DNA from: Octopus vulgaris
Taxonomy: Eukaryota
DNA length: 64,000 bases
NCBI GenBank assembly: GCA_951406725.2
Contig: OX597821.1
Span: 97,650,001-97,714,000 of the forward strand
Direction of reading: 5' to 3'
The position numbers were made by a program, and so were the translations under genes. Below are positions 12,593 to 25,087 of this stretch, piece after piece (within the stretch, counting starts at the first letter, position 1; every line of letters starts with the position of its first letter). The notes below the pieces were generated by a model. It saw only the letters and a program-made list of their open reading frames with translations, was not told the origin of the DNA and ran no database searches.

Positions 12593-12856
12593 GGTATACA
12601 CATTATTAGTTGGTGAATCACATTAGCATAATACAATTAATACAATACTTTCTAACTTATGTGTGTATATGTGTGTGAAAGTATATATATATATAAATTT
12701 ATTTTCACACACATATGCACCCATAAGTTAGAAAGTATTGTATTAATTGTATTATGCTAATGTGATTCACCAGCTAATAATGTGTTTACCACCCACTGTA
12801 ATAATGTTGCTTCTTACCCACTGTAATAATGTTGATTTATTGTTGTCCTCATTGCA

Positions 12857-13374
12857 TTGGGTTGTCTGGAAAGTTTGTGGTGATTTTTAAAGGAAAAAAA
12901 AAGGTCAATAGATACTTGCCATTACATTTTTAATCAACCAAATACAAACCTCCAGAATTGAGGTGGTTTCATGGCAAAGAATTCATGAAGGTATCTTTTT
13001 ACGTCATCCTAGGAATTGAAATTTTTACCATTAAGACTATTCTGCAGAGACCTGAATAAAAGTGGAAATCCGAAGGAGCAATATCTGGTGGATATGGAGG
13101 GTGGGGGTAACTCCCCCCCCGAGCTGCAGCAATTTTTGTCTGGTTCCCAAAGTACCAGGTCCCGAAAAGGAACTTTCTTATCTTCCATTTTAAAGGGCTA
13201 CAGAATTAACACAGGTTATAGGAACATAAACCTTCTTCCACGAAAAGATAGCTTAAACTGTGCTGTAAATGGAGGTGTAGTCAAATCCTATTTTATGGAC
13301 TCAACTATGTTCTAAAATAAGTCGAAAGGTAAGCTACTATAAATAAATCGGCACGAACTTTCCGGACAACCCAA
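12857..13374 (-). mobile_element. Internally deleted mariner
   Basis: TIRs TTGGGTTGTCTGGAAAGTT / AACTTTCCGGACAACCCAA. Minus strand encodes HPPYPPDIAPSDFH...RSLQNSL. Confidence 0.85.
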
Positions 13375-13423
13375 TATATATATATATACACACACATATA
13401 TATGTGCATATATATGTATATAT

Positions 13424-13458
<35 letters not shown>

Positions 13459-13540
13459 CACATATATATATGTGTATATATATGTATATACACACACACA
13501 AACACACATATATATGTATATACATGTATATGTATATATC

Positions 13541-14014
13541 CTCATCATCCTCATTTAACGTCCGCTTTCCATGCTAGCATGGGTTGGACGGTTCAACTGG
13601 AGTCTGGGGAGCCCGAAGGCTGCACCAGGCCAGTCAGATCTGGCAGTGTTTCTACAGCTGGATGCCCTTCCTAACGCCAACCACTCCGAGAGTGTAGTGG
13701 GTGATTTTAAGTGCCACCGACACAGGTGCCAGACGAGGCTGGCGAACAGCCACGCTCGGATGGTGTTTTTTTTATGTGCCACCGACACAGGTGCCAGACG
13801 AGGCTGGCAGACGGCCACGCTCGGATGGTGTTTTTATGTGCCACCGACACAAATGCCAGATGAGGCTGGCGAACGGCCACGATCGGATGGTGTTTGTTAC
13901 GTGCCCACAGCACGGAGGCCAGTCGATGCGGTACTGGCTACGGCCACGTTCGGATGGTTTTCTTGTGTGCCACCGGCACTGGTACCACAAAGATACAAAT
14001 TCCATTGATGTTCA
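13541..14014 (-). mobile_element. Repeat family B with an expanded internal ~58-bp tandem array
   Basis: Unit TGCCACCGACACAGGTGCCAGACGAGGCTGGC..GGCCACG.TCGGATGGTGTTTTT repeated about 4 times at 13712-13980. Confidence 0.85.
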
Positions 14015-14104
14015 TCTATATATATATATACACACACACACATATATATATATGTATATACACATATATACATGTATATATGCATATGTACATATACATA
14101 TATA

Positions 14105-15677
14105 CGGTGGGGGGGGGATAAATATTCGTACACGTCAAAATTCTTTATTTATTTAATTTCTAATGAACATAAATGGGATATACCAATACTATATTCGCAT
14201 ACATATGCATAAACTAAGAATATGCAAAAGAAACTTATAAATTATAGTAACTAAGGAATTTATATACAATTATAAATATTTAGGGGTGAAAAAAGTATTC
14301 GTACAGAATAAATTTATGATTTTCTATGCCACAAAATATTGTTAAAATAATTTTTTTTTTTACTTGAACTTTCTCGTTTGTTCCAATAATCTCATCAGTT
14401 GTCATTTTTAAGTGTCAAAATGCTAGCTTCTTCATTCAGCATTGAGACAACATAAAGTAGTATCGTAATAATGGTGAAAAGTAAAGAACTCACAAATTCA
14501 GTGAAAAACTTAATTATAGAACAGTGGAAAGCAGGTAAAAGTTACAGGAAAATATCAGAGACCCTTTGTATTCCATTTTCTACCATATCTTCATTTATTC
14601 AAAAATATGAAAAAATCGGGAACTGTTGAAGACAGAATAAGATCCGGTGCACCACACAAGATTTCCCCTAGATCTTTAAGAAAAATGAAGCGAAGAATCA
14701 GAATAAACGCAATGATCACCAGAAAGGAGTTGCAAGAAGATTTGCTAGCTTCAGGGACTAATGTTACACTATGAACAATCAGCAATGAACTTCATAGGAA
14801 TGATCTGAAATCATGCTCTTCTAGAAAAACTCCACTGTTGACTAAAAGGCATAGAGATGACACATTCTGGGAAAATGTTCTATGGACAGATGAGTTGAAA
14901 ATTTAATTGTTTGGACGAAATTCGCATAGCCATTTTTGGAGGAAAGATGGTACCACCTATTCACCAAAAAACACAATTCCTACCGTAAAGTTTGGAGGTG
15001 GCAACATCATGGCGTGGGGGTGTTTTTCTGCAAACGGTACTGGCAATTTACATGTGATAGATGGTAGAATGAATGCAGAGATGTACCAAAATATTTTGAA
15101 CAATGATTTATGGGACTCTGTAGAAAAGCTCCAGCTTTGTGAAGGGTGGGTTTTACAACAGGATAATGACCCTAAGCACATGGCGAAGTCTACCAAAAAA
15201 TGGATTGTCGATCACAATATAAAATTATTAGAATGGCCAAGCCAGTCACCTGACTTGAACCCCATTGAAAATTTGTGGCATTATTGGAAAATTAAAATTC
15301 ATTCAAGAACCCCAACGTGCATTGCGGATTTGAAGAAAATTTGTCAAGAAGAATGGGAAAAAATTCCTAAAGAAACATACGAGTCATTGATCAAGAACTA
15401 CAAGAAGAGATTGGTTGAAGTGGAACTGAATAATGGTTATGCTACGAAGTATTAAATCAGAATTATCAGTTATGTTGTGTACGAATACTTTTTTCACCCC
15501 TAAATATTTATAATTGAATATAAATTCCTTAGTTACTATAATTTATTAGTTTCTTTTGCATATTTTTAGTTTATGCATGAGTATGCAAATATAGTATTGG
15601 TATATCCCATTTATGTTCATTAGAAATTAAATAAAGAATTTTGGCATGTACGAATATTTATTTCCCCCCCCCCACTG
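14105..15677 (+). mobile_element. Tc1-family transposon of IR/DR type; DD34E-type transposase pseudogene (14471-15455)
   Basis: ~200-bp TIRs, each with two direct repeats (TATTCGTAC), and TA flanks. Motifs TVKFGGGNIMAWGCF, QQDNDPKH and SPDLNPIENLW. Frameshift and stops in the 5' half. Confidence 0.95.
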
Positions 15678-15721
15678 TATATATACATACACACACACAC
15701 AAACACATATATACATGTATG

Positions 15722-16300
15722 GCAAATATACTTCACGATGTTGAGCTGCTACTGTTTACATCTCACTCATATTTATTATCGCTTGTTTCTCCTTTTTTGA
15801 GATCAGCAATGGTTGTCATTAGAAAAAGCATATAGTATTTTACGTTCAGAATCACTTCTAACCCCTAGCCGGTGATTGTCACACACTGATGATGGGTTAC
15901 TACCCAGAAAAGTGGCTCCGTGTGTATCACCTCAGACTAGAGATGAGAATGATGATTTCCCTTCGCAAATACTGATTGGGCACAGTGTGTCATTAGCCAG
16001 CTGGAGGAGATGTCTTCCTGGGGCTATAAATTAGAGTAACATTGTCCCACATGGGTCAGCCACATTCAGGTGGAAAATATACTTCACGATGTCATGCTGC
16101 TACTGTTTACATCTTGCTTAGAGATTTATTATTGCTCTTTTATTATTTCCTCTTTCGAGATCAGCAAAGGTTTGTCACTTGAAAAAGCATATAGTATTTT
16201 GCATTCAGAATCGTCTCTCATCCCTAGCCAGTGATTGTCACACACTGATGATTGGTTACTATTCAGAAACCCAGATCCTTGTGTCTCACCTCTCACACTT
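15722..16300 (+). repeat. Direct repeat with 359-nt period, each unit containing an HHR-like motif (15880-15925, 16239-16284)
   Basis: Unit 1: CACA-CTGATGA-TGGGT tact ACCCA-GAAA-...-GTGTG. Unit 2: CACA-CTGATGA-TTGGT tact ATTCA-GAAAC-CCAG-ATC..TGTG. CTGATGA starts at 15886 and 16245. Confidence 0.75.
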
Positions 16301-16359
16301 TATTCATTCCACTCTTCATTCCTTCGTTTCCCCTCTCTCACATTTCCTGGCCTTCTCCT

Positions 16360-16745
16360 CATGCTTCCGGGTTCAGTCCCACTGTGTGGCATCTTGGGCA
16401 AGTGTCTTCTGCTATAACCTTAGGCCGACCAAAGCCCCATGAGTGGATTTGGTAGACGGAAACTGAAAGAAGCCTGTTGTATATATGTATATATAAATAT
16501 ATATATATGTGTGTGTTTGTGTGTGTGTATATGTTTGTGTGTCTGTGTTTGTCCCCCTAACATTGCTTGACAACCGATGCTGGTGTGTTTACGTCCCTGT
16601 CACTTAGCGGTTCGGCAAAAGAGACCGATAGAATAAGTACTGGGCTTACAAAGAATAAGTCCCGGGATCGATTTGCTCAACCAAAGGCGGTGCTCCAGCA
16701 TGGCCGCAGTCAAATGACTGAAACAAGTAAAAGAGTAAAAGAGTA
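16360..16745 (+). mobile_element. SINE family A, 5'-truncated
   Basis: Colinear with the family A consensus. Confidence 0.85.
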
Positions 16746-17267
16746 TGTTGCAAAGAATGAAAGCATGGAAATTTGTCCTAACAATGCTTTATTCTGTAGT
16801 GATGAGCTTTTATCATGACAGGTCGAGTGATTTACTTTCGGTTTGTTTTAAAATTAGCCTGTGTTTTTTCATGCTTGTTTTGGATTATATATTTATTATA
16901 GAAGTATGGGATGGGGGAGGGTCTCCCCCTTTATATTTCTACTTACTTTTTTTTTTTCAAGTATTATTGTTATATTTGTGGTTTTTTCAATAGATATTAA
17001 ATGTAAGATTGGAAGCGAAATATGATGTTCCCAGGTTTATATCAGGACACAGTTTTAGGATTTCTGAAGATTTTACTTTTCCATTTATAAGTTGGCCACC
17101 CTGCATCCTGAATCGGTATTCTCCACCTCAAGAATTTGTAAGCAGCAAACTTAAGAATTGTTAATGATGAATGAAAGAATTGTTTGCGGCAAGCTGATAA
17201 GTTGTGTTTTCAATTTCATATTTTTACTAATCAGCCAATTTATTTTCTTGCTTCCCACTACATTATA

Positions 17268-19383
17268 ATGAGCAAAGAAAAAAACAAAGTTGTACCAGCA
17301 AAAATTCCAGCCAGTGTTTACTAAGTGGTTGTGTGAAGTACCGAGTGACCAATCTAAAGCACATTGCAGATATTGTAGATGTAATATGTTGACAAAATAT
17401 TCTCTTTTAGTAAGCCACTGTGAAGCAAAGAAACATAAGGCATCAACTCCACAGCAAATAATTCCTCTTACCAATTTTATTAAAGCCAAAAATGATAAAA
17501 CATTTATGCTTGAAGCAAATTTAGCAATGTTTATTTATTGCCATTCATCATTTAATAAACTGTGATCACTTGATAGAGTTATGTAAGAATTATATGTCTG
17601 ATAGTAATATTATATCCAAAGTGAAGTTGCATCGTACAAAATGTGCAAATATTGTGAGAAATGTTCTAGCTCCATATTTTGATGGAGATTTGATTTCTGA
17701 TATAGGAGATAGAAAATTTAGCCTGTTATTAGATGAATCCAATGATATATCGATAAACGAGTTGTTAGGAATTGTTATCATATATTATAGTGACACCCAC
17801 AATAAAGTGGTACATACATATCTCAATATGGTATCTTTAGAAACATGTGATGCAGATGGCATTGTAGATGCCTTAAAAATTGAATTAGTGAAAAAGAAAT
17901 TAGATATAAAAAATTTACTGGCTATAGGAACTGACAATACTAGAGTAATGATAGGAGTCCACAATGGTGTTTTCCAGAAATTAAAAGAAGTTCTATCATT
18001 ACTTCTATTTAGATGTGTATGTCATTCTTTACAGTTGGCAGTATCCCACACTTCTGCTGAATGCTTGCCTATGAATTTAGAATTTTTAGTATCTGAAACC
18101 TATAAATGGTTCTCTCATTCTTCAACAAGACAAAGTGCCTACAAACAACTTTACCTTGCTATCAATGATAAAGAGCCTTTGAAGATTGTGAATTCTTGTA
18201 CAACTAGGTGGCTGTCAATAGAACCAGTGGTAAATAGAATTTTAAGCTAATGGTTTGAAATGCAAACTCACTTCCAAACTACAACTACAAAAGAAAAATG
18301 CTTTACAGCACAAACATTACATGGAATGTTTTGTGATTCTAGGAATGAACTTTACTTTTTATTTTTGCATCCAATTTTAAAACATGTTCAGGAAGTGAAT
18401 AAACTGTTTGAATCAAATACTGTCGACAAAACAAAATTACTTGAAGATCTTTCAAATTTGATCAAATCTGTTGCTAATATGATAGTGATGCCAACATGTA
18501 GAATTTGATCCTCCTGATCTGGATCTTTCTATTGAAAAATTTCTGGATCCTAAACCAAATTTAAGCTACAGATTCGAGAGAAAGATAGCAGAAATGATTA
18601 TCAAGAAGACTGTAACAACCTTCGAAGAAAATAATATTTGCAAAAGAGCACAACAATTTTTTTATTCTGCCTTTATAAAGAGCTCAAGCACCGTTTGCCA
18701 GGAAATATTAATATACTGAGGAATATCAAATGTCTTTCAGTAGAGAATATTTTGCAGCATTTCAAAGAGCCAATATTACCTGTCTTAGAAGCAATGCATT
18801 TAAATGAAGAAAAAAGTGCTTTAATTGAAATTCAGTTCAATAGCATTCATTTAGTTAAATGGACAAATACATCAACTGAGGCATTCTGGCTGGAAGAATG
18901 CTACTGGAGGAAATCCTTTTAGAGATGTTGCAAATTTTGCCATTAATCTGTTGACATTGCCAAACTCAAATGCAGAAGTTGAATGGTTGTTCAGTAGTAT
19001 GGGTGTAATCAAATTAAAATTGTAAAAAAAAAATGCATCTTCCTATGCTTAGATCAATACTGTCTATAAAATATGGCCTGAAAAGATATGGCAAATGTTT
19101 CAAAAACTTCAATATTCCAAAACACATAATTAACAAGATTGGGATCTTGAATGTATACAGAAGTCAAGACCTAGGCACTGCAGCTGAAAGTGATCAAATC
19201 AGTGAAATTCAAGAAATTATTTCTCAATGCTGAATATAATTAAAGAAAGTAAACAAAAATTAAGCTTTTTGATATAATTAGTCTTAAGTATTTTTTTGTC
19301 ATATTTGGCATTTTTTAGCATTTTTTTGGTATTTTTTCTACTGAAATTTAGCATAAAATTCTGATTTTAAGTTGGCAACACTG
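17268..19383 (+). mobile_element. hAT transposon, transposase pseudogene
   Basis: BED-type finger (W..CRYC..H....H), FSLLLDESND, IGTDN, CVCHSLQL, TRWLS and C-terminal LPNSNAEVE.LFS. Multiple stops. Probable right end GTTGGCAACACTG at 19371-19383; left end not located. Confidence 0.9.
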
Positions 19384-20171
19384 AGAGTGACTGGGACTCC
19401 ATTTGTCTGTTTGGGCATGACTTCTATGGTTGGATGCCCTTCCTAATGCTAACCACTTTACTGCTTTTATGTGGCACCAGCAATTGGCATTTTTACATGG
19501 CACTGGCATGGATGCTTTTATGTAGCACCTGCTCAGTCACTTTTATGCGGAACCTTTTACATGGCACCAGCAGCACCCACAAGCTCACAAGACTGTGATC
19601 TCTCAGCTGAGAGAAGGACGTAGAGGACATGCCTGTATGCATGAACCATGATTTTCTTTAGTTTGATGCATCTTCTCAAGCACAACAAACTGCCAGAGGT
19701 CTCAGTTCGCAAGGCCCAACATCTAAAAACCCTTTCTCGCCACATCATTTCAGGTTTTCCTGGGTCTACCCCTTCTACATGTTCCCTCCACAATTTATAT
19801 ATATATATATATCATCAGTGGATCAATTATCTGAAAAAGCAGTACACTCTAAAAGTTAGAGCAGTAATGTATTCATGTGTGTGTGTATATATATATATAT
19901 ATATCACGGGCATGGCTGTGTGGTTAGGGAGCTTGCTTTCTAGCTATATGGTTTCAGGTTCAGTCCCACTGCATGGCATTCTGGGTAGGTGTCTTCCACT
20001 ATAGCCCCGAGCCGACCGAAGCTTTGTGATTGAATTCGGCAGGCGGAAGTTACTGCCGTGTGTGTATATGTGCGTGTAGGTGCTTGTGCCTCTCTGAAAG
20101 AGAGAGAGAGGGGATATTCCATTTTTTTTACTTTTTAGTCACTAGAATGTGGCCATACTGGAGCACATACT

Positions 20172-20199
<28 letters not shown>

Positions 20200-20202
<3 letters not shown>

Positions 20203-20417
20203 CACCTTGATCACCTTGACTGACTAGTCCGTCAGGCGTCCATTTGACACCGCTGGTCACAGCACGCTGCCCACTCCTCTCTGGTTTGCGCCTTTCTCAT
20301 CCACGTGATCCCAATCGTCCTCCTGAAATCGTAACTCCACTTGATGGCATTATTGTGCACCAGCTCCTCTCACTGAGATAAGATTTTACTCAGTATTCTT
20401 CTAGCCATTGCTCATTG

Positions 20418-20420
<3 letters not shown>
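20200..20420 (-). mobile_element. LINE 3' end fragment (RTE-like) with CAAGGTGAT tail
   Basis: Minus strand encodes ...IGITWMRKAQTREEW..., then a short UTR and a repeated GGTGAT tail abutting (TA)n. Confidence 0.55.
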
Positions 20421-20475
<55 letters not shown>

Positions 20476-20556
20476 CAATGAGCAATGGCTAGAAGAATAC
20501 TGAGTAAAATCTTATCTCAGTGAGAGGAGCTGGTGCTCAGTAATGCCATCAAGTGG
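20337..20556. repeat. Near-perfect 220-bp palindrome centred on (CT)n(TA)n(GA)n
   Basis: CCACTTGATGGCATTA...CATTGTCTCTC / GAGAGACAATG...TAATGCCATCAAGTGG, with about 2 mismatches outside the microsatellite. Confidence 0.95.
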
Positions 20557-20865
20557 GAGACCCCAAATCAGCGCACATTCTTTCTCGATGACCCCGTAAA
20601 CCTGGTAGCATCTGATATGCAGAGCTTGGATATATATAGATATAGATATAGTTGTGTTTTGACATGGTCATTTTGTTTTGTTTTGCCAAATAAACACATG
20701 CACTTTATATTCGTTCTTTACTCATTTGTTACTGTTCTTATTCTAACTCATTGTCTGGAAATCCTTTGTCACACATCTGTGACCTCCTCAGTGATACTTT
20801 CTGTCTTCATGTGTGCTCTTGCTCTGCTTATTCCAACGGAATCTTGCAACACAAATTCATAAACG

Positions 20866-20896
<31 letters not shown>

Positions 20897-20922
20897 TTTC
20901 TCTCCTTGTTTTTTTCTGTGTA

Positions 20923-20960
20923 TCTTTCTGTCGAAGAGCGTAGGCTCGAAATGTAAAAGA
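20923..20960 (+). ncRNA. Minimal HHR-like motif, A6U core
   Basis: TCTTT-CTGTCGA-A-GAGC gtag GCTC-GAAA-TGTA-AAAGA, with a 5-bp stem I. Confidence 0.65.
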
Positions 20961-21050
20961 CTCTTTCTATTTCTATTCCTGAGCGCTATACTAATACATT
21001 TGTTTGTGCTCCACCTGCCTTCGTCTTTTGTTTATTTTCGTAAACCTTCC

Positions 21051-21082
<32 letters not shown>

Positions 21083-21083
<1 letters not shown>

Positions 21084-21428
21084 ACAATTGCAGCATGGAA
21101 GGTGTTTGTAAGCCATTTAAGAAACACACAAAAGCCGTTCGATCACTTCAACATTTAAGTTTAATTTGTCATCAAAATATTTTCGTCGCTAAAATCCGCG
21201 ACCTGTTCACTGACAAAAATCCGTGCTGCATCTCAGGATTTTTGTCAGTGAACAAGTCGCGGATTTTAGCGACAAAAATATTTTGACAAATTAAACTTAA
21301 ATGTTGAAGTGATCGAACGGCTTTTGTGTGTTTCTTAAATGGCTTACAAACACCTTCCACGCTGCAATTGTTTTCGTTCCAGCACACAATCTCAGATCAA
21401 ATCACTTGCTATGCGAGTACATCTCCGT
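21083..21428. mobile_element. (TA)n-flanked element: ~140-bp inverted repeat plus 3' extension; each arm holds a variant HHR-like fold (21165-21217 minus, 21241-21290 plus)
   Basis: Two-arm consensus TTTGTCA-GTGAACA-G-GTCGC ggatttta GCGAC-GAAA-ATAT-TT-TGACAAA. Confidence 0.75.
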
Positions 21429-22095
21429 AATATATATATATATACAAACAGACAGGCACACACACATACATCACACATGTATATGTGTACTCACAAACCT
21501 TCATACCCTTATAGATAACAAACAAAGAAATATATTTTTGTGAAGTAAAACCTTTTCTAATTGTTGTTGATTTAAAGAATCACACAGTTGTTTCTCACCC
21601 AAATTCAGCAGTAATTATCCTTGTTAGTATGTTATTGTGATAAATAATTGTCCTTTAACATCATCTCCTCTCCCTCTACCTTGTGGTGACTTATTTTCTT
21701 TCATATGTCTAAGTAAACAATTTCTAAACACTACTTTGTCAATCCCTCACTTTTTCTCAATATATCAAAAGACCTGTTCTTTCATATATATTTTTCATAG
21801 TTATACTATAAACAACACTGTAAGTTGTGTTTAGTCAAGTGTCAGCCCTGATTGAGTAGATTTATGATCAAAGACTTTCCAGCAGTGACTGTCCCAACTT
21901 TACATAGTCCAATTAGTGTTTTTACTTTATTTTAATGCAGTAGGCACCGATGTGCCTACTTGCTTCCTAACCAGATGTTCCTCACTATGTGGTACTTTGG
22001 GGCCACTGACTCTTTTCTGCTGTTGCCCCAATCCAGCTAAAGTGATGCAAGTGGATTTGGTAGATGGAAACTGCATGCACACATATACATGCATA

Positions 22096-22517
22096 TACTC
22101 TTTACTCTTTTACTTGTTTCAGTCATTTGACTGCGGCCATGCTGGAGCACCGCCTTTAGTCGAGCAAATTGACCCCGGGACTTATTCTTTGTAAGCCCAG
22201 TACTTATTCTATCGGTCTCTTTTGCTGAACCGCTAAGTGATGGGGACGTAAACACACCAACATCGGTTGTCAAGCAATGCTAGGGGGACAAACACAGACA
22301 CACAAACACACACACACATACATACATATATATATATATATATACATATATACGACAGGCTTCTTTCAGTTTCCGTCTAACAAATCCACTCACAAGGCAT
22401 TGGTTGGCCCAGGGCTATAGCAGAAGACACTTGCCCAAGATGCCACGCAGTGGGACTGAACCCGGAACCATGTGGTTGGTTAGCAAGCTACTTACCACAC
22501 AGCCACTCCTGCGCCTA
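22096..22517 (-). mobile_element. SINE family A, full length
   Basis: Complete head, body and tail. Confidence 0.9.
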
Positions 22518-22739
22518 TGCATGCTTTCCTAGACGTTTTGAGACTTTTTTTAGGAGATACAGTTATAACTGTCCTAGATTATTCATAATTTTAGCATATC
22601 ATTATTATATGTCTAATGGCTGACCTGCCGACTTTGGTTGTTCTAGATTGAAGGAGATTGCTGTAACAGCATTTTGAACACACCCTACTAAACACTGCTT
22701 CTCACAGACGACTTCTTTGCAGAATGCAGTTGGGATGTG

Positions 22740-23165
22740 AAGATAATTTGGAAACTTGTTATGCAGTAAAGTTTTGTCTTAAACTGGGCAACAACACTGC
22801 AGAAACTTATGAAATGCTACAGACTGCTTATGGTTTAATTTGCATGAGCTGAGCTTCCGCTTTTTGCTGGTGTAAGAGGCCAGGCAAAGCAAGTGCACCA
22901 GGGAGCTCATGATGGACCCCTTTTTTGACAGCAAGGGCATCATCTACATCCATTGCATTCCATCTCACCAGACACTCTCAACAGAGAGTACTTTGTTGAG
23001 GTTTTGAAAGAATTCAGAAAGATGTTTCATCACAAAAGAACAGAACAGTTTGCATTAGGACAATGCATCGGTCCACAATTACTTCCTGATAACCAACTAC
23101 TTGACAGAGACAAGCATCAAAACTCTCCCTCACCCTACCTACAGTCCATACCTTGCTACCTGTGA
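22740..23165 (+). mobile_element. Degraded mariner transposase fragment
   Basis: AVKFCLKLGNNTAETYEMLQTAYG and DSKGII...LNREYFVEVLKEFRK. Confidence 0.7.
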
Positions 23166-23170
23166 CTTTT

Positions 23171-23206
<36 letters not shown>

Positions 23207-23434
23207 ATATAGTAGTGTCCTTCATTTTTAATCTTTCTTGAAAAAATATTTGGCCATGAGGAAATATTACCTTATTTGGAAACAGGTAGGTGATAGCGAC
23301 AGGAAGATCATCTTACCATTTAAAATTTGCCTCAACAAATTCTGTTTGACCCATGCAAGCATGGAAAAGTGAATGTTAAAAAAAATGGTGATGACAATGG
23401 GCTGTGTCTGAGGAGAATTATCTTCTGTCATTTG

Positions 23435-23805
23435 TCCTTTACTTGTTTCAGTCTTTTGAATGCGGCCATGCTGGAGTTTTTTGTGCAATGAATTGACCAC
23501 AGTACATTTTTTAAAGCCTGGTACTTATTCTATTCGATTTCTCTTACTGAACCACTAAGCTATGGGGATATAGACATCAACACCGGTCATCAAGCAGTGT
23601 TGGAAGACAAACACGCATGCACACACACACACACACACACACAATGTACCACAGGCTTCTTTCAGTTTCCGTCTACCAAATCCACTCACAGGGCTTTGGT
23701 CAACCTAAGGCTATAGTAGAAGACACTTGCCCAAGGTGTCACACAGGTACTGAATCCAGAACCAAGTGGGTGGGAAGCAAGCTACCAAACAGCCATGCCT
23801 GCACC
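23435..23805 (-). mobile_element. SINE family A, diverged
   Basis: Colinear with the consensus, many substitutions. Confidence 0.75.
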
Positions 23806-24680
23806 TCTAATTGGCTACTATTTTTAGCAAAGTGAACAGTCTTGTAGCAGCTTCCTTGTTGGCTCTGGCTCATCATTTCTTGTTTACTTTAATATACCCA
23901 CACCACCCAACCCAACTCCAATCATTTGACTTGTTTGATATTGTTTTTATTTGTAATGTATGTGCAAAAGGTTAGAGGGTCATGGTTAAGGTTAGGTTTA
24001 TGTTTGAGAAAACTCTAAAATAACATAATATAAAAACCAAATAAATTAATTTATGTGACTGTGTGTAGTTGTGGGTAGGGTTTGAAAGAGGGAAGCACAA
24101 ATTTAACCAATCTCAACAAATAATGACAATGTGTGTCTTGACAGTATAAACTGTGCATTATTTCACTTGTTTATATTTGTTGAAAGCGCTCACATCCAAT
24201 CTCTTATCCATATTTTTCGAAGAGAAAACAAACAAAATAAACCTTGTGTCATGTCTGCGGTGTTTGTGTAAATATATTTGGTCAGCAGGTTTTGATTGTA
24301 AAAGTTCTGCAGTTTCATAGTCGTGATGGCATAAAATAAGGGTTTGTCAGATATCTTCTGTTGTCAGAACACTGTGTCACTTTCTGACCCAGCACTCAAC
24401 CTCTATACTCATGACTTATCCATAACAACACAGTTCTCTTCCTTGCATATATGGGACAATGTCTCTATTACTCAGTCACTTTTTAAGCTCAGTTTGACTC
24501 TATTTAATGTACAATAACTTCAGATCATAATTGTTTTCCCCCAACCCTTACAGAGTTTAACATTTTTGCATTTAAACTGACCATATCCAGCCCAAATATT
24601 ATCCTTGTTTTATGCTCAAACCAGCCAGATCTGGCTTCTCACACCTACTCTACAATTTCATTCTAAAAATAAACAATCAA

Positions 24681-25087
24681 TAGGCGCAGGAGTGGCTGTG
24701 TGGTAAGTAGCTCGCTTACCAACCACATAGTTCCGGGTTCAGTCCCACTGCGTGGCATCTTAGGCAAGTGTCTTCTGCTATAGCCTCGGGCCGACCAATG
24801 CCTTGTGACTGGATTTGGTAGACGGAAACTGAAAGAAGCCTGTCGTATATATGTATATATATATATGTATGTGTGTGTGTATGTTTGTGTGTCTGTGTTT
24901 GTCCCCCACCATCGTTTGACAACCGATGCTGGTGTGCTTACGTCCCCGTCACTTAGCGGTTCAGCAAAAAGAGACCGATAGAATAAGTACCGGGCTTACA
25001 AAGAATAAGTCCCGGGGTCGATTTGCTCGACTAAAGGTGGTGCTCCAGCATGGCCGCAGTCACATGACTGAAACAAGTAAAAGAGTA
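24681..25087 (+). mobile_element. SINE family A, full length
   Basis: Complete copy inserted in an older dispersed repeat also seen at ~6230, ~35010 and ~60870. Confidence 0.9.

Noticed and set aside
13555-14156. Overlapping ORFs with repeated CHRHRCQTRLA peptides; array superficially CRISPR-like
   Set aside because: This is the internal tandem repeat of family B. It has no unique spacers and no cas genes, and the context is eukaryotic.
24681-24760. tRNA genes at SINE heads
   Set aside because: A/B boxes are present, but I could not build a full cloverleaf and the heads are always attached to SINE bodies.
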